From NCBI GenBank assembly GCA_963846555.1, contig CAWJWI010000004.1, forward strand, positions 1,534,142 to 1,598,141: a stretch of DNA of 64,000 nt, in the 5' to 3' direction. Below are positions 49,912-61,708 of this stretch, piece by piece. The stretch is from an uncultured Microthrixaceae bacterium. GTDB taxonomy: Bacteria > Actinomycetota > Acidimicrobiia > Acidimicrobiales > VFJN01. The notes under the pieces were generated by a model. The model did not search any database and was not told the origin of the DNA. It saw nothing but the letters and a program-made list of their open reading frames with translations. Within the stretch, counting starts at the first letter, position 1. Each line of letters starts with the position of its first letter. A program made the position numbers and the translations under genes.

Positions 49912-50680
49912 ATGGAGATCTCGCTGGCGGGGAGGGTGGCGCTGGTCACCGGCGCATCGAAGGGGATCGGGAAGGCCATCGCCCAGGCCTACGCAGACGC
50001 CGGGGCCTCGGTCCTCCTGTCGTCCCGCAAGCAGGACGCCCTCGAAGCTGCGGCGGCCGAGATCGGCGGGGACGTCGAGGTCTTCGCCGCCCACGCCGGC
50101 GACCCGGAGCAGGCTGCCGCCGCAGTGGCCTACTGCGTGGAGCGGTTCGGCTCCGTCGACATCCTCGTCAACAACGCCGCCACCAACCCGTACTTCGGAC
50201 CGACCATGGACATCGACCTCGTCCGGTACGACAAGACGTGGGAGGTCAACCTGCGGGGTGCGCTCGTGTGGACGCAGGAGGCCTGGAAGCGGTCGCTGGC
50301 CGAACGGGGCGGGTCGGTCATCAACATCGCCTCAGTGGGCGGGTTGTCGGTCGAGCCGGGGATCGGCATCTACAACACCACCAAGGCTGCGCTGATCCAC
50401 CTCACCAAGACGCTGGCCGCCGAGCTGGCGCCGACCGTGCGGGTCAACGCCATCGCGCCCGGGCTGGTGAAGACCGACATGGCCCGGGCTCTGTGGGAGC
50501 CGGCCGAGGAGCGCATGGCGGCGGTCGACGCCGCTGGGCCGGCTGGGCGAGCCGGGCGACATCGCCAACGCAGCCCTCTACCTGGCCAGCGACCTCGCCT
50601 CCTGGGTCACCGGGCACACGCTGGTGGTCGACGGCGGCGCCCTCCTCGGTCCGGCGGTCCGACGACCGGCGAGCGGGTGA
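49912..50680 (+). CDS. Short-chain dehydrogenase/reductase (1 apparent indel)
   Basis: [25 protein letters not shown], then PLGRLGEP...[10 protein letters not shown] in the shifted frame. Confidence 0.93.
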
Positions 50681-50683
50681 CCG

Positions 50684-51865
50684 ATGGGTCGCCGCGGCGA
50701 CCCTGACCCTCGGCCCGAGGTCGAGGTGCTCGGCGTCGGAACGGCGCCCCCAGCCACGCAGCGGGTGGAGGTGGCGGTCGCCCCCCGGAGCCGTCGACGC
50801 GGGGTGCTGATCGCTCTCGCCGTCGCCGGCGCGCTCGGCGTCGGCGCCACGCTCGGCGATGCGGGCGACGCCCCCGGAGGGGGAGGCCCGACCGGGCGAG
50901 GGCGTCACCACGACGACCCTTCCCGCCCGGGCCACGACCACCCGACCCCGAGGGGCGACGACCTCCGTTCTGGCCCAGCCCGGCCCGCTGCTCGGCCAGC
51001 TCACTGGCGGCTCGATCCTGGTGCTGGCCGATGTCGGACGTTGGACCTGGATCGATCTCGACACCGGCACGCGTGGCGAGATGGACATCCGGGGTGTCGG
51101 GGATCCGCACGGCGCGGTGCCGGTGGCCGGAGGTCTCGTGGTGGTGGAGGAGTCCGGGCAGGCTGCGCTGCGACGCATCCCTGAGGGCGAGACCCAGGTC
51201 CTCGGCGAGGCCGTACAGGTCCTGAGCAGCGGCCGGCCTGATCGGGTGTGGCTCCTCCGATGGGCGTCGAGCACCAACTCCACGTCGGCCCACCTGGTGG
51301 ACCTCACCGGCAGAGAGGTGCTCGCCTTCGACGTGCCAGTCCTCTGGTCCGATGCGGGCGGACGACCAGATGGCCTGCCGTTCTCAGCCGGCGGTCGGAG
51401 CTTCTTCCTCGACGAGGACGGTGTCCGGCCCCTGGCCGACGGCGAGCTGCTCGGCTCGGTCGCCAACGGCGTCGTGGTGCTGACCTGTGACGATGAGGCG
51501 CAGTGCGCGCCGGAGCTGGTGGAGCCCGAGACAGGGCGCGCCGTGCGGCTCGGGGAGCCCGACACCACGACGCGGGGTCACGTCGTCGTCCCGGGCGGCC
51601 AAGGGGACATCGCCATCGTGAGCTTCAGCAACGTGGCCTCGCTGGCCTGGTACAGCCCGGATGGCCGTTTCCTCGGGAACCTCGAGCTCCCGATGCTCGC
51701 CCGCCGAGCGAGCTCACCTGGCTGCCGGATGACCTCGGCCTCCTCATGTCGACCCCAGGTGGGTTCCGGCGAGCCCGCCTCGACGGCCGCGGGGGTGTGT
51801 CGCTGGAGACCATCCCGGGCCTGGACGCGCCCTACGCGGACTACGTGTTCCTGATCAGCCGGTGA
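50684..51865 (+). CDS. Hypothetical membrane-anchored protein with a Thr-rich linker and beta-propeller-like domain (2 apparent indels)
   Basis: Stitched from 50684..51184 (TM), 50859..51854 and 51503..51865; YSPDGR and LTWLPD-type motifs. Confidence 0.55.
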
Positions 51866-52932
51866 GGTCAGCCCGTCGGATCTTGCCGCTCGCCGTTCGC
51901 GGAAGGGTCGGAACCACCTCCAGCACGGTCGGGGCGGCGTAGGCGGGGAGCACCTGCTTGACGTGGTCACGGAGCTCGGCGAGGCGGGGCGGACTGACCG
52001 TGTCGAGTGGGACGATGAGCGCGACCACGCACTGGCCCCACTCGGGATCGGGACGGCCCACCACCGCGACCTCCGCCACGTCTGGATGCGTGGCCAACGC
52101 CCGCTCGACTGCCGTGGGCCACACGTTCTCGCCGCCTGTGATGATGAGGTCGCCGCGCCGCCCGTGCACGTGGAGGCGGCCGTCGGCCAGGAGCTCGCCC
52201 AGGTCGCCGGTGGGGAACCAACCGTCGGGGAGCTTCGGGTCGGTGCCGTCGCGGTAGCAGCGCAGGAGCATCGGGGCCCGCAGCGTGGATCTCGCCATCG
52301 GGCTCGATGCGCACCTCGACGCCGTCGAGGGGCACGCCCGTCGTAGGCGACGCCGCTGCCCGTCTCGGTCATGCCGTAGGTGGCGATGCACGTTCGGGGG
52401 CCGCTCGGGCGGCGGCGCCTGGCCGCCTACGAGGATGGCCCGGAACCGGCTCGGGTCGATGCGGGCCAGCGCGGTGGGCACGAGCGACGTGAGCGTGCAG
52501 CCGTCGCCGGCCGCCTGCTCGACCGCCGCGGCGTCGAAGCCCGGGTGCACCGTCAGGGGCGTGCCCGTGCGCAGCGCCCGGGTGACGACGGACAGGCCGC
52601 CGACGTGGGCGAGGGGCAGGCAGGCCAGCCAGCGGTCACGGTCCGGGTCGACGCCGAGCGCAGTGCTCGACGCCAGGGCGGACGCTGTCACGGCCTCGTG
52701 CGTGAGCACCACGGCCTTGGGCTCGCCGGTGGTGCCGCTGCTGGCCACGACGAGAGCGTCACCCTCCGCCACGGGTTCGTCGGGGCGGGCTGCGGCGAGG
52801 ACGGCGTCCCGCGCGGCGGCAGGGAGGCGGGGGTCGATCGGGAGCACGGCGTCGCCGTCGTCCCAGGCCCGCTGGAGCGCGTCGACGAAGCTCGTCGCCG
52901 CTCGCCTCGAGCACCACCAGTCGGCCGGTCAC
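51855..52932 (-). CDS. menE: O-succinylbenzoate--CoA ligase (apparent indels)
   Basis: SSGTTGEPK, HVGGL, TSLVPT, YGMTET (shifted frame), TGDLG, IITGGENV, PRTASGK; men-gene context. Confidence 0.82.
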
Positions 52933-52974
52933 GCTGGCAGCGTACGAGCGCGACGGGCGAGACTCGGCGCCGCC

Positions 52975-53904
52975 ATGACGACCCGCTGCCCCTGCGCCTG
53001 CGCCTGCCCCGCCCCCGGTCGGCTGGCGCTCGTGGGTGGCCGGGGCCCGGCCCCGCACGCTGCCCGCCGCGATCGTGCCGGTGCTCGTGGGCACGGCCTG
53101 CGCGGCCGGGGTGGCGGACGTGTCGGCCTGGCGGGCCATCGCGGCGGGCGTCGTCGCGCTGTGTTCTTGCAGGTCGGCACGAACTTCGCCAACGACTACA
53201 GCGACGGCGTGCGCGGCACCGACGCCCCCGGCCTGCGGGTCGGGCCCGTGCGCCTCGTCGGATGGGGCCTCCAGCCCCCAGGCGCGGTGAAGAAGGCGGC
53301 GCTGCTGTCCTTCCTCGTCGCCGGGGTGGCGGGCTTGGCCCTGGCGGTGGCGGTCGGCCCCGAGCTGGTCGTGGTCGGTGCAGCTGCGTTCGCGGCCGGC
53401 TGGTTCTACACGGGCGGCTCGCACCCCTACGGCTACTACGGCTTCGGCGAGCTGTTCGTGTTCGTGTTCTTCGGCCTGGTGGCCACGATCGGCTCGACGT
53501 ACGTGCAGACCGAGTCGGTGACGGCGCTGTCTGCCGTCGCCGCGGTGCCCGTGGGGCTGCTCGCCACCGCGCTGCTCGTCATCAACAACCTGCGCGACAT
53601 CCCGGGTGACACCGTGTCGGGCAAGAAGACGCTCGCCGTCCGCCTCGGCGACGCCCGCACCCGCGCCCTCTACGTCGGCATGCTCGTGTCGGCCTTCGTC
53701 GCCGTCCCCGTGGTGGCCGGCGGCTTCGACCGGGCCCCGGCGGCTGTCGCCCTCGTCGGCGTCGTGCTGGCCCGCACCCCCGTCCTCCGCGTCCTCGAGG
53801 GCGCCCGCGGCCCCGCCCTCATCCCCGTCCTGGGTGCCACCGGTCGGGTGCAGCTCGTCACCGGCGCCCTGCTGGCCGCCGGCATCACCCTCGCCGCCCC
53901 CTAG
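52975..53904 (+). CDS. menA: 1,4-dihydroxy-2-naphthoate polyprenyltransferase (N-terminal indels)
   Basis: GARPRTLPAA, QVGTNFANDYSDGVRGTD, YTGG..PYGY.GFGE, NNLRDIPGD, GKKTLAVRLG. Confidence 0.93.
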   Translation: MTTRCPCACACPAPGRLALVGGRGPAPHAARRDRAGARGHGLRGRGGGRVGLAGHRGGRRRAVFLQVGTNFANDYSDGVRGTDAPGLRVGPVRLVGWGLQPPGAVKKAALLSFLVAGVAGLALAVAVGPELVVVGAAAFAAGWFYTGGSHPYGYYGFGELFVFVFFGLVATIGSTYVQTESVTALSAVAAVPVGLLATALLVINNLRDIPGDTVSGKKTLAVRLGDARTRALYVGMLVSAFVAVPVVAGGFDRAPAAVALVGVVLARTPVLRVLEGARGPALIPVLGATGRVQLVTGALLAAGITLAAP

Positions 53905-53909
53905 CAGCG

Positions 53910-54037
53910 GGCCCGGACGGGTTCTGCGCGAACTGTGTCAGACACAGTTCGCGCGAGTCGTGGCGCGCTGCCCCTGGCCCGGACGGGTTCCGTGTGCAGA
54001 GCTCGGCGTCGGGGCCCGAGTTCTGCACGCGAAAGCC
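53910..54037. repeat. Two palindromes, each preceded by an identical 15-nt leader (period 66 bp)
   Basis: GGCCCGGACGGGTTC at 53910 and 53976; perfect GCGCGAACTGTGTC-A-GACACAGTTCGCGC (53926-53954); near-perfect 15-bp arms at 53992-54006/54016-54030. Confidence 0.8.
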
Positions 54038-54057
54038 TGGCGACTCGGTGTGTCCGC

Positions 54058-54816
54058 CTACAGGTCGTGCTGGGCCAGCCAGGGGCGGAGGATGGCGAGG
54101 AAGGCGTCGGGTTGCTCGAGGTGGGCGGTGTGGCCGGCGCCGGGGACCAGGGCGACGGTGGCGTTGGAGCCGATCTCGGCGTCCGAGGCGCTGGGCCAGG
54201 GCGGCGAACTTGCTGTCCTGCTCGCCGGCCATCACGAGGACGGGCATCGTCGAGTCCGGCCAGGCGGTGCCAGGACGGGTCCTGGGAGCCGGTGCCGGCC
54301 TGCTCCAGGCTCGACATCAGGCCGCCGACGGTGTTCTCGAGCCGCTCGGCCCGGAAGGCCCGCGTCGGCAGCGAGGCCGGCGAACAGCGGTTGGGCCAGC
54401 CAGGCGTCGAGGAACGCCTCGAGCCCGTCGCGCTCGATGCGAGCCGCGTCGGCCAGGTCCTGCTCCCGGCGGGCGGCCCGCTCGGCTGGGTCCTCGATGC
54501 CGGCCGTGCCGCCGATGAGCACGAGGCCCCGTACGAGCTCGGGGTTGGACAGCGCCAGGTGCAGGCAGAACCGAGCGCCCATCGAGTAGCCGAGGTAGGT
54601 GGCCTCGCCACCCTGGTCGGCGATGAGGCGGCCGCCGGTGCGCAGACCGGCCAGGACGTCGGCGGACCGGCCGTGCCCCGGGGCGTCGACCCGGATCACC
54701 TCGTGGTCGCGCGCCAGGTCGGTCGCCTCGGGCCCCCAGCAGCGCCGGGTCTGCGTGAAGCCGTGGACCAGGACGATCGGCGGGCCCTCGCCCTCCCGGT
54801 CGGCGTGCAGGAGCAT
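54058..54816 (-). CDS. menH: Alpha/beta hydrolase, SHCHC synthase-like (apparent indels)
   Basis: LVHGFTQ, DAPGHG, GYSMGAR nucleophile motif, WLAQPLF, GEQDSKF; divergent from menD. Confidence 0.8.
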
Positions 54817-54887
54817 CCTCGGATCCTGACAGACGCCACCTCGGTCGACGGGCGCGTGCCCGCTCCGATGTGCTCGGATGGCTGCCG

Positions 54888-56612
54888 ATGGCGTCGCGTC
54901 CCGAAGACCTCCAGGCCACCTTCTGCGCCACGCTCGTCGACGAGTGGGTCCGTTGCGGGGTCGAGCACGCCGTGCTCTGCCCTGGCTCGCGTTCCACGCC
55001 CCTCGCCCTGGCCCTGGCCGCCCAGACGCCCGCATCGAGCTGCACGTCCACCACGACGAGCGCAGCGCCGGCTTCCTCGCCCTCGGCCTGGCTCTCGCCG
55101 GCGTGGGAGCCGACGGTGTCCTGACGACGAGCGGCACGGCCGCGGTCGAGCTCCACCCGGCCGTGGTCGAGGCCGACCTGGCTGCCGTGCCGCTTCTCGT
55201 GTGCACCGCCGATCGTCCGCCCGAGCTCCTCGACGTGGGTGCGCCCCAGGCGATCGACCAGACCCACCTCTTCGGCCGGTCCGTGCGCTGGTTCCATGCC
55301 CCCGGGCGTGGCCGACTCTGCCGGCGCGGGCCCGCTGGCGCGCCACCGCCGCGCGCGCCTACGCCGAGGCCACCGGCGCTCGCCAGGGTCCGGTGCACCT
55401 CAACCTGGCGTTCCGCGAGCCGCTCCTCGGGGTGCCCGGCAAGCTGCCCGCGCCGCGCACCGTCGAGGGGGCGGCGTGGGCGTGGCGTCCTCCCGTGCAG
55501 GCGCCGGCCGACCCGGTGATCAGCGTGGCCGAGGACTTCGCCGGCCGCCGCGGCGTGATCGTGGCCGGAGCCGGCTCGGGCGACGGGGAGTCGCTCGCCC
55601 AGGTGGCTGCCGCCCTGGGCTGGCCCGTCCTGGCCGCGCCGCAAGCGCCCGTGTGGGGCATCGCCGGCGCGACGATCCCCGCGCGCTGACGCCTTCCTCC
55701 GCCTCGACGCCTTGGCCCGAGACCTGCGCCCCGACGTCGTCCTTCGCCTGGGCGGCCCGCTGGCCTCGCGGATCGTCGGTGAGTGGCTGGCCGCCACCGG
55801 CGCCGTCGAGATCGCCGCTGCGGGCTCCGGCGCCTGGATCGACCCGGCGGGCACGCGCGTCCGTCATCCTGCCCGCGGACCCCGGCCAGCTGGTTGCCGT
55901 GTGGGCTCAAGGGCTGGCGGACGTGGAGCCGGTGGACGGCGGTGCTTGGCTCCTGAGGTGGCAGGAAGCGGGCACCACCGCCCAGGCGGCCATCGATGCC
56001 GTCCTCGATGACGAGGTGGCACCGAACGAGCCCGCCACAGCGCGGGCCCTGGCCGAGGCGCTGCCCGAAGGCGGGCAGCTCGTGGTGTCGTCGTCGATGC
56101 CCATCCGGGATCTCGAGTGGTACGCCGCGCTCGGCCCGGCCGCTCACGGTGCACGCCAACCGCGGCGCCAACGGCATCGACGGCGTCGTGTCGACGGCGG
56201 TCGGTGTGGCTGTCGGCGTCCGGTCGGCCGACGGCGCTGCTCATCGGCGACATCGCCTTCCTCCACGACTCCAACGGCCTGCTCGGCGCCCCGGCCCGTC
56301 AGATCGACCTCGTCGTCGTCGTGGTCGACAACGATGGCGGCGGCATCTTCTCGTTCCTGCCCCAGGCCGGCGCCGTCGACGACGAGGTGTTCGAGCTCAT
56401 CTACGGCACGCCGCACGGCCTCGACCTCGTGGCCCTGGCCGCGGCGTACGGCGTGACGGCGCAGGCGGTCGACCGACGTCGCCAGCGCTCTGCGCGAGGC
56501 CCTCGATGCGGGCGGAGTGCACGTGCTCGTCGTCCGCACCGACCGCACGGCCAACATGGACCTGCACCGCCGTCTCAACGCCGCGGTGGCCGACGCAGTC
56601 ACCCCCACCTGA
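54888..56612 (+). CDS. menD: SEPHCHC synthase (many apparent indels)
   Basis: CPGSRSTPL, DERSAGF, TSGTAA, TADRPPEL, GPVHLN, SSMPIRD, ANRGANGIDG, GDIAFLHD, DNDGGGIF. Confidence 0.93.
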
Positions 56613-56625
56613 CCCCAACCTCAAC

Positions 56626-56676
56626 CGTTCTGGGGGCAGCTGTCGGCACATGTGACCAGGTGCTGCCCCCAGAACG
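56626..56676. repeat. Intergenic palindromic element (51 nt)
   Basis: Perfect 15-bp arms CGTTCTGGGGGCAGC/GCTGCCCCCAGAACG, 21-nt centre. Confidence 0.85.
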
Positions 56677-56718
56677 CTGTGGTCTGGGGCGGCGGACGAC
56701 GGGGCGTAGCGTGGGGGC

Positions 56719-58165
<1,447 letters not shown>

Positions 58166-58192
58166 GCCCACCCGGACGGGCGTCGCTTCGCG

Positions 58193-58216
58193 CTTGACCG
58201 CCCGGTCAAGTACGTT
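58193..58216 (+). promoter_or_regulatory. Palindromic operator abutting the -10 element of the acyl-CoA dehydrogenase pair
   Basis: CTTGACCG-CC-CGGTCAAG (58193-58210) directly followed by TACGTT (58211-58216), 7 nt before ATG 58224. Confidence 0.6.
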
Positions 58217-58223
58217 GCAGCGC

Positions 58224-60377
58224 ATGTCGCTCGCCATCTCCGATGACCACCGCGCCCTGTCCGAGACAGCCGCAGACTTCCTGACCAAGCGGGAGGCCCG
58301 CGGCGCCGCACGCGCCCTCCTCGAAGCCGACACCGAGGAGCTCCCCCCGTTCTGGGGGAACCTCGTGCAGCTGGGCTGGCTCGGCCTGCACCTCCCCGAG
58401 GAGCACGGCGGCTCCGGGTACGGGCTGGAGGAGCTGGCCGTGGTCGTCGAAGCGCTGGGCCGGGCTGTCGCGCCGGGCCCCTTCGTGCCGACCGTTATCG
58501 CCAGCGCCACCCTCGCGGCGGCAGCCGACGACGCCACGAAGGCGGCTCTCCTCCCGGGCCTGGCCGACGGCTCGCGCGCCGGCGCCGTGGCCCTCGGCGG
58601 TTCGGTCGAGGTCGCCGGAGGCAAGGCCAGCGGCAGTGCGGGCGTGGTGCTCGGCGGCGGGTTCGCGGATGTGCTCCTCGTGCTCGTCGGCGACGACGTG
58701 GCGGTCGTGGAGAAGGGCGATGGGTTCACCGTCGACACCCCGAAGAACCTCGATCCCTCGCGCCGCTCCGCTCGCATCACCCTCGACGGCGCGCCGTGCA
58801 CGGTCATCCCGGGGGCCCGCCAGGCCCTCGTCGACCACAACCGGATCATCCTCTCGGCCGAGGCCATGGGCCTGGCGCTCGAGTGCACCGAGATGGCCGC
58901 CGCCTACGCCAAGGAGCGGATCCAGTTCGGTCGGCCGATCGCGATGTACCAAGCGGTCAAGCACCACTGCGCCAACATGTCGGTCGCCACGGAGCTGACG
59001 ACGAGCGCCGTGTGGGATGCAGCCATGGCCGCGTCGATCAACCCCGAGCAGCGGGCCTACGCAGCTGCGGTGGCCGCCACCCTCGCCGCCCCGGCCGCCG
59101 ACCTGTGCGCCAACCTGAACACACAGGTGCACGGAGGAATCGCCATCACCTGGGAGCACGACGCCCACCTCTTCATGCGCCGGGCCACCACGCTCCTCCA
59201 CTTCCTCGACTGGGAGCAGGCCGCCACCGACCTCGTCGACCTCACCCGGGACGGCATCGTGCGCACCAGGGACATCAAGCTCCCGCCCGAGGCCGAGGCC
59301 ATCCGAGCGGAGGTGCGAGCCTTCGCCGAGTCGATCTCGGGCCTCTCGGCGGAAGAGCAGCGCTCACAGCTGATCGAGACGGGCTACGTCATGCCGTCCT
59401 GGCCCAAGCCCTATGGCCGCGGGGCCGGCGCCGTCGAGCAGCTCGTGATCGAGCAGGAGTTCACGGCCGCTGGCGTGCAGCGTCCCGGCTACGGCATCAC
59501 AGCGTGGAACATCCTCACGATCATCCAGCACGGCAACCAGGACCAGAAGGACCGCTGGGTTCGTCCCGCCCTCGATCAGGAGGTCGTCTGGTGCCAGCTG
59601 TTCAGCGAGCCCGACGCTGGCTCGGATGCAGCCGGTGTGAAGACGAAGGCCACGCGGGTCGACGGCGGTTGGCTGGTCAACGGTCAGAAGGTGTGGACCT
59701 CGGGCGCCCACTACTCGGGCATGGGCTTCGCCACGGTCCGGACCGACCCGGACGTCCCGAAGCACGACGGCATCACGATGATGGCCATCGACATGCACGC
59801 CGAGGGCGTGGAGGTCCGACCGTTGAAGATGACGACGGGGAACTCCGAGTTCAACGAGGTGTTCTTCAGCGACGTGTTCGTCCCTGACGACGACGTCGTC
59901 GGTCCCGTCGATGGTGGCTGGACGGTCGCCCGGGCGACGCTCGGAAACGAGAGCGTCAGCATCGGCGGCGGTGGAGGCGGCATGTCGATGCCCGGCTCGG
60001 GGATGGTGCCGCCGTTCGACGCCGCCCCCGATCGCCTGGCCGGCGGAGCCGCTCGCCTCGGTCGCTACATCGCCGAGCAGCACACCATCGGCCTGCTCAA
60101 CCTGCGGGCCGCCAACCGGGCCGTGTCGGGCACCGGTCCCGGCCCGGAGGGGGCCATGACGAAGCTCGTCCTCTCCGAGGTGGGCCACGAAGCGGCGGCC
60201 ATCCTCACCGAGCTGAACGGTGAGGACAGCGTCTTCATGGACGGCCCGGGTGGGATGAGCAACATGCTCGTCCTCATGCACCGGGGCATGTCCATCGCCG
60301 GCGGCACGAGCGAGATCAAGCGCAACCAGATCGGCGAGCGCATCCTCGGCCTGCCGCGCGACCCGCTGATCAAGTAG
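58224..60377 (+). CDS. Fused two-domain acyl-CoA dehydrogenase (FadE22/FadE34-like)
   Basis: N-half with RIQFGRPI, QAVKH, QVHGGIAITWEH; C-half with WCQLFSEPDAGSD, NGQKVWTS, IAGGTSEIKRN; one uninterrupted ORF. Confidence 0.9.
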   Translation: MSLAISDDHRALSETAADFLTKREARGAARALLEADTEELPPFWGNLVQLGWLGLHLPEEHGGSGYGLEELAVVVEALGRAVAPGPFVPTVIASATLAAAADDATKAALLPGLADGSRAGAVALGGSVEVAGGKASGSAGVVLGGGFADVLLVLVGDDVAVVEKGDGFTVDTPKNLDPSRRSARITLDGAPCTVIPGARQALVDHNRIILSAEAMGLALECTEMAAAYAKERIQFGRPIAMYQAVKHHCANMSVATELTTSAVWDAAMAASINPEQRAYAAAVAATLAAPAADLCANLNTQVHGGIAITWEHDAHLFMRRATTLLHFLDWEQAATDLVDLTRDGIVRTRDIKLPPEAEAIRAEVRAFAESISGLSAEEQRSQLIETGYVMPSWPKPYGRGAGAVEQLVIEQEFTAAGVQRPGYGITAWNILTIIQHGNQDQKDRWVRPALDQEVVWCQLFSEPDAGSDAAGVKTKATRVDGGWLVNGQKVWTSGAHYSGMGFATVRTDPDVPKHDGITMMAIDMHAEGVEVRPLKMTTGNSEFNEVFFSDVFVPDDDVVGPVDGGWTVARATLGNESVSIGGGGGGMSMPGSGMVPPFDAAPDRLAGGAARLGRYIAEQHTIGLLNLRAANRAVSGTGPGPEGAMTKLVLSEVGHEAAAILTELNGEDSVFMDGPGGMSNMLVLMHRGMSIAGGTSEIKRNQIGERILGLPRDPLIK

Positions 60378-60409
60378 ACCACCACCGACATCGAACCAGG
60401 AGATCAGCC

Positions 60410-61693
60410 ATGGCGTGGGATTTCTCCACGGATCCGGAGTTCCAGGCAAAGCTCGACTGGGTCGAGCAGTTCTGCAAGGAGAAGGTCGAGCCGCTCGACT
60501 ACGTCTTCCCCTACGCCGTGCGGTCACCCGACCCGGTGGTGAAGGCGTACGTCCGCGAGCTCCAGCAGGAGGTCAAGGACCAGGGCCTCTGGGCCATCTT
60601 CCTCGACGAGGAGCTGGGCGGTCCCGGCTTCGGTCAGCTCAAGCTCGGGCTGCTCAACGAGGTGATCGGGCGCTACGGCTCCGCGCCGCAGCTGTTCGGC
60701 GCGGCCGCGCCCGACACCGGCAACATGGAGATGCTCGCCGCCTACGGCACGGAGGAGCAGAAGAAGCGTTGGCTGGAGCCCCTGCTCAACCAGGAGATGT
60801 TCTCGGCCTACTCCATGACCGAGCCCCAGGGCGGCTCCGATCCGAACCTGTTCAGGACGGCCGCCGTCAAGGACGGTGAGGAGTGGGTGATCAACGGGGA
60901 GAAGTGGTTCACCAGCGCCGGCCGGGTGGCCGACATCCTCTTCGTGATGTGCACGAACGGCATGTTCGTGGTGCCGCGTGAGACGCCAGGGGTGGAGATC
61001 CAGCCCGAGCCCCGCAACCACAACCACATCATCTACAACGACGTCCGGGTGCCTCTCGACCACCTCCTCGGCCCTGAGGATGGCGCCAAGGTGCTGGCCC
61101 AGCGCCGTCTGGGCGGTGGGCGCATCCACCACGCCATGCGCACGATCGCCCAGTGCAACCTGGCCTTCGACATGATGTGCGAGCGGGCGCTCAGCCGTGA
61201 GTCGCACGGCAAGATCATCGGCGAGCACCAGATGGTGCAGGAGAAGATCGCCGAGTCCTACGCCGCCATCCGGATGTTGCGCCTCTTCGTGCTCGAGACG
61301 GCGTGGCGGATGGACCAGACGTCGGGGCAGGAGACCCGCACCGAGATCGCGGCCGTGAAGTTCACCATGGCCAAGGTGCTGCGGGAGGTGTCGTTCAACG
61401 CCCTGCACATCATGGGCTCGCTCGGCACGACCGACCTCACGCCCCTGCAGGCCATGTATGCCGCGGCCCCCACCATGGGCTTGGCCGACGGCGCCGACGA
61501 GGTGCACAAGGCCACCGTCGCCCGCCGCGTGCTGAAGGACTACCGCCCGCACCCGCACCCGTACTTCCCGACGGAGTTCATCCCGTTCAAGCGGGAGCAG
61601 GCCTACGAGAAGATGCAGCCCATCCTCGCCGCCCGCCCCGACCTGGCCGCATCAGCCGAGAGCTACAAGAAGTACTTCTCCGGCCGCCGTTAG
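60410..61693 (+). CDS. Acyl-CoA dehydrogenase (ACAD10/11-like type)
   Basis: APDTGNMEML, YSMTEPQGGSD, NGEKWFTS, QRRLGGGRIHHAMR, ADGADEVH. Confidence 0.92.
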   Translation: MAWDFSTDPEFQAKLDWVEQFCKEKVEPLDYVFPYAVRSPDPVVKAYVRELQQEVKDQGLWAIFLDEELGGPGFGQLKLGLLNEVIGRYGSAPQLFGAAAPDTGNMEMLAAYGTEEQKKRWLEPLLNQEMFSAYSMTEPQGGSDPNLFRTAAVKDGEEWVINGEKWFTSAGRVADILFVMCTNGMFVVPRETPGVEIQPEPRNHNHIIYNDVRVPLDHLLGPEDGAKVLAQRRLGGGRIHHAMRTIAQCNLAFDMMCERALSRESHGKIIGEHQMVQEKIAESYAAIRMLRLFVLETAWRMDQTSGQETRTEIAAVKFTMAKVLREVSFNALHIMGSLGTTDLTPLQAMYAAAPTMGLADGADEVHKATVARRVLKDYRPHPHPYFPTEFIPFKREQAYEKMQPILAARPDLAASAESYKKYFSGRR

Positions 61694-61708
61694 CGCTGGC
61701 CGGCCAGC

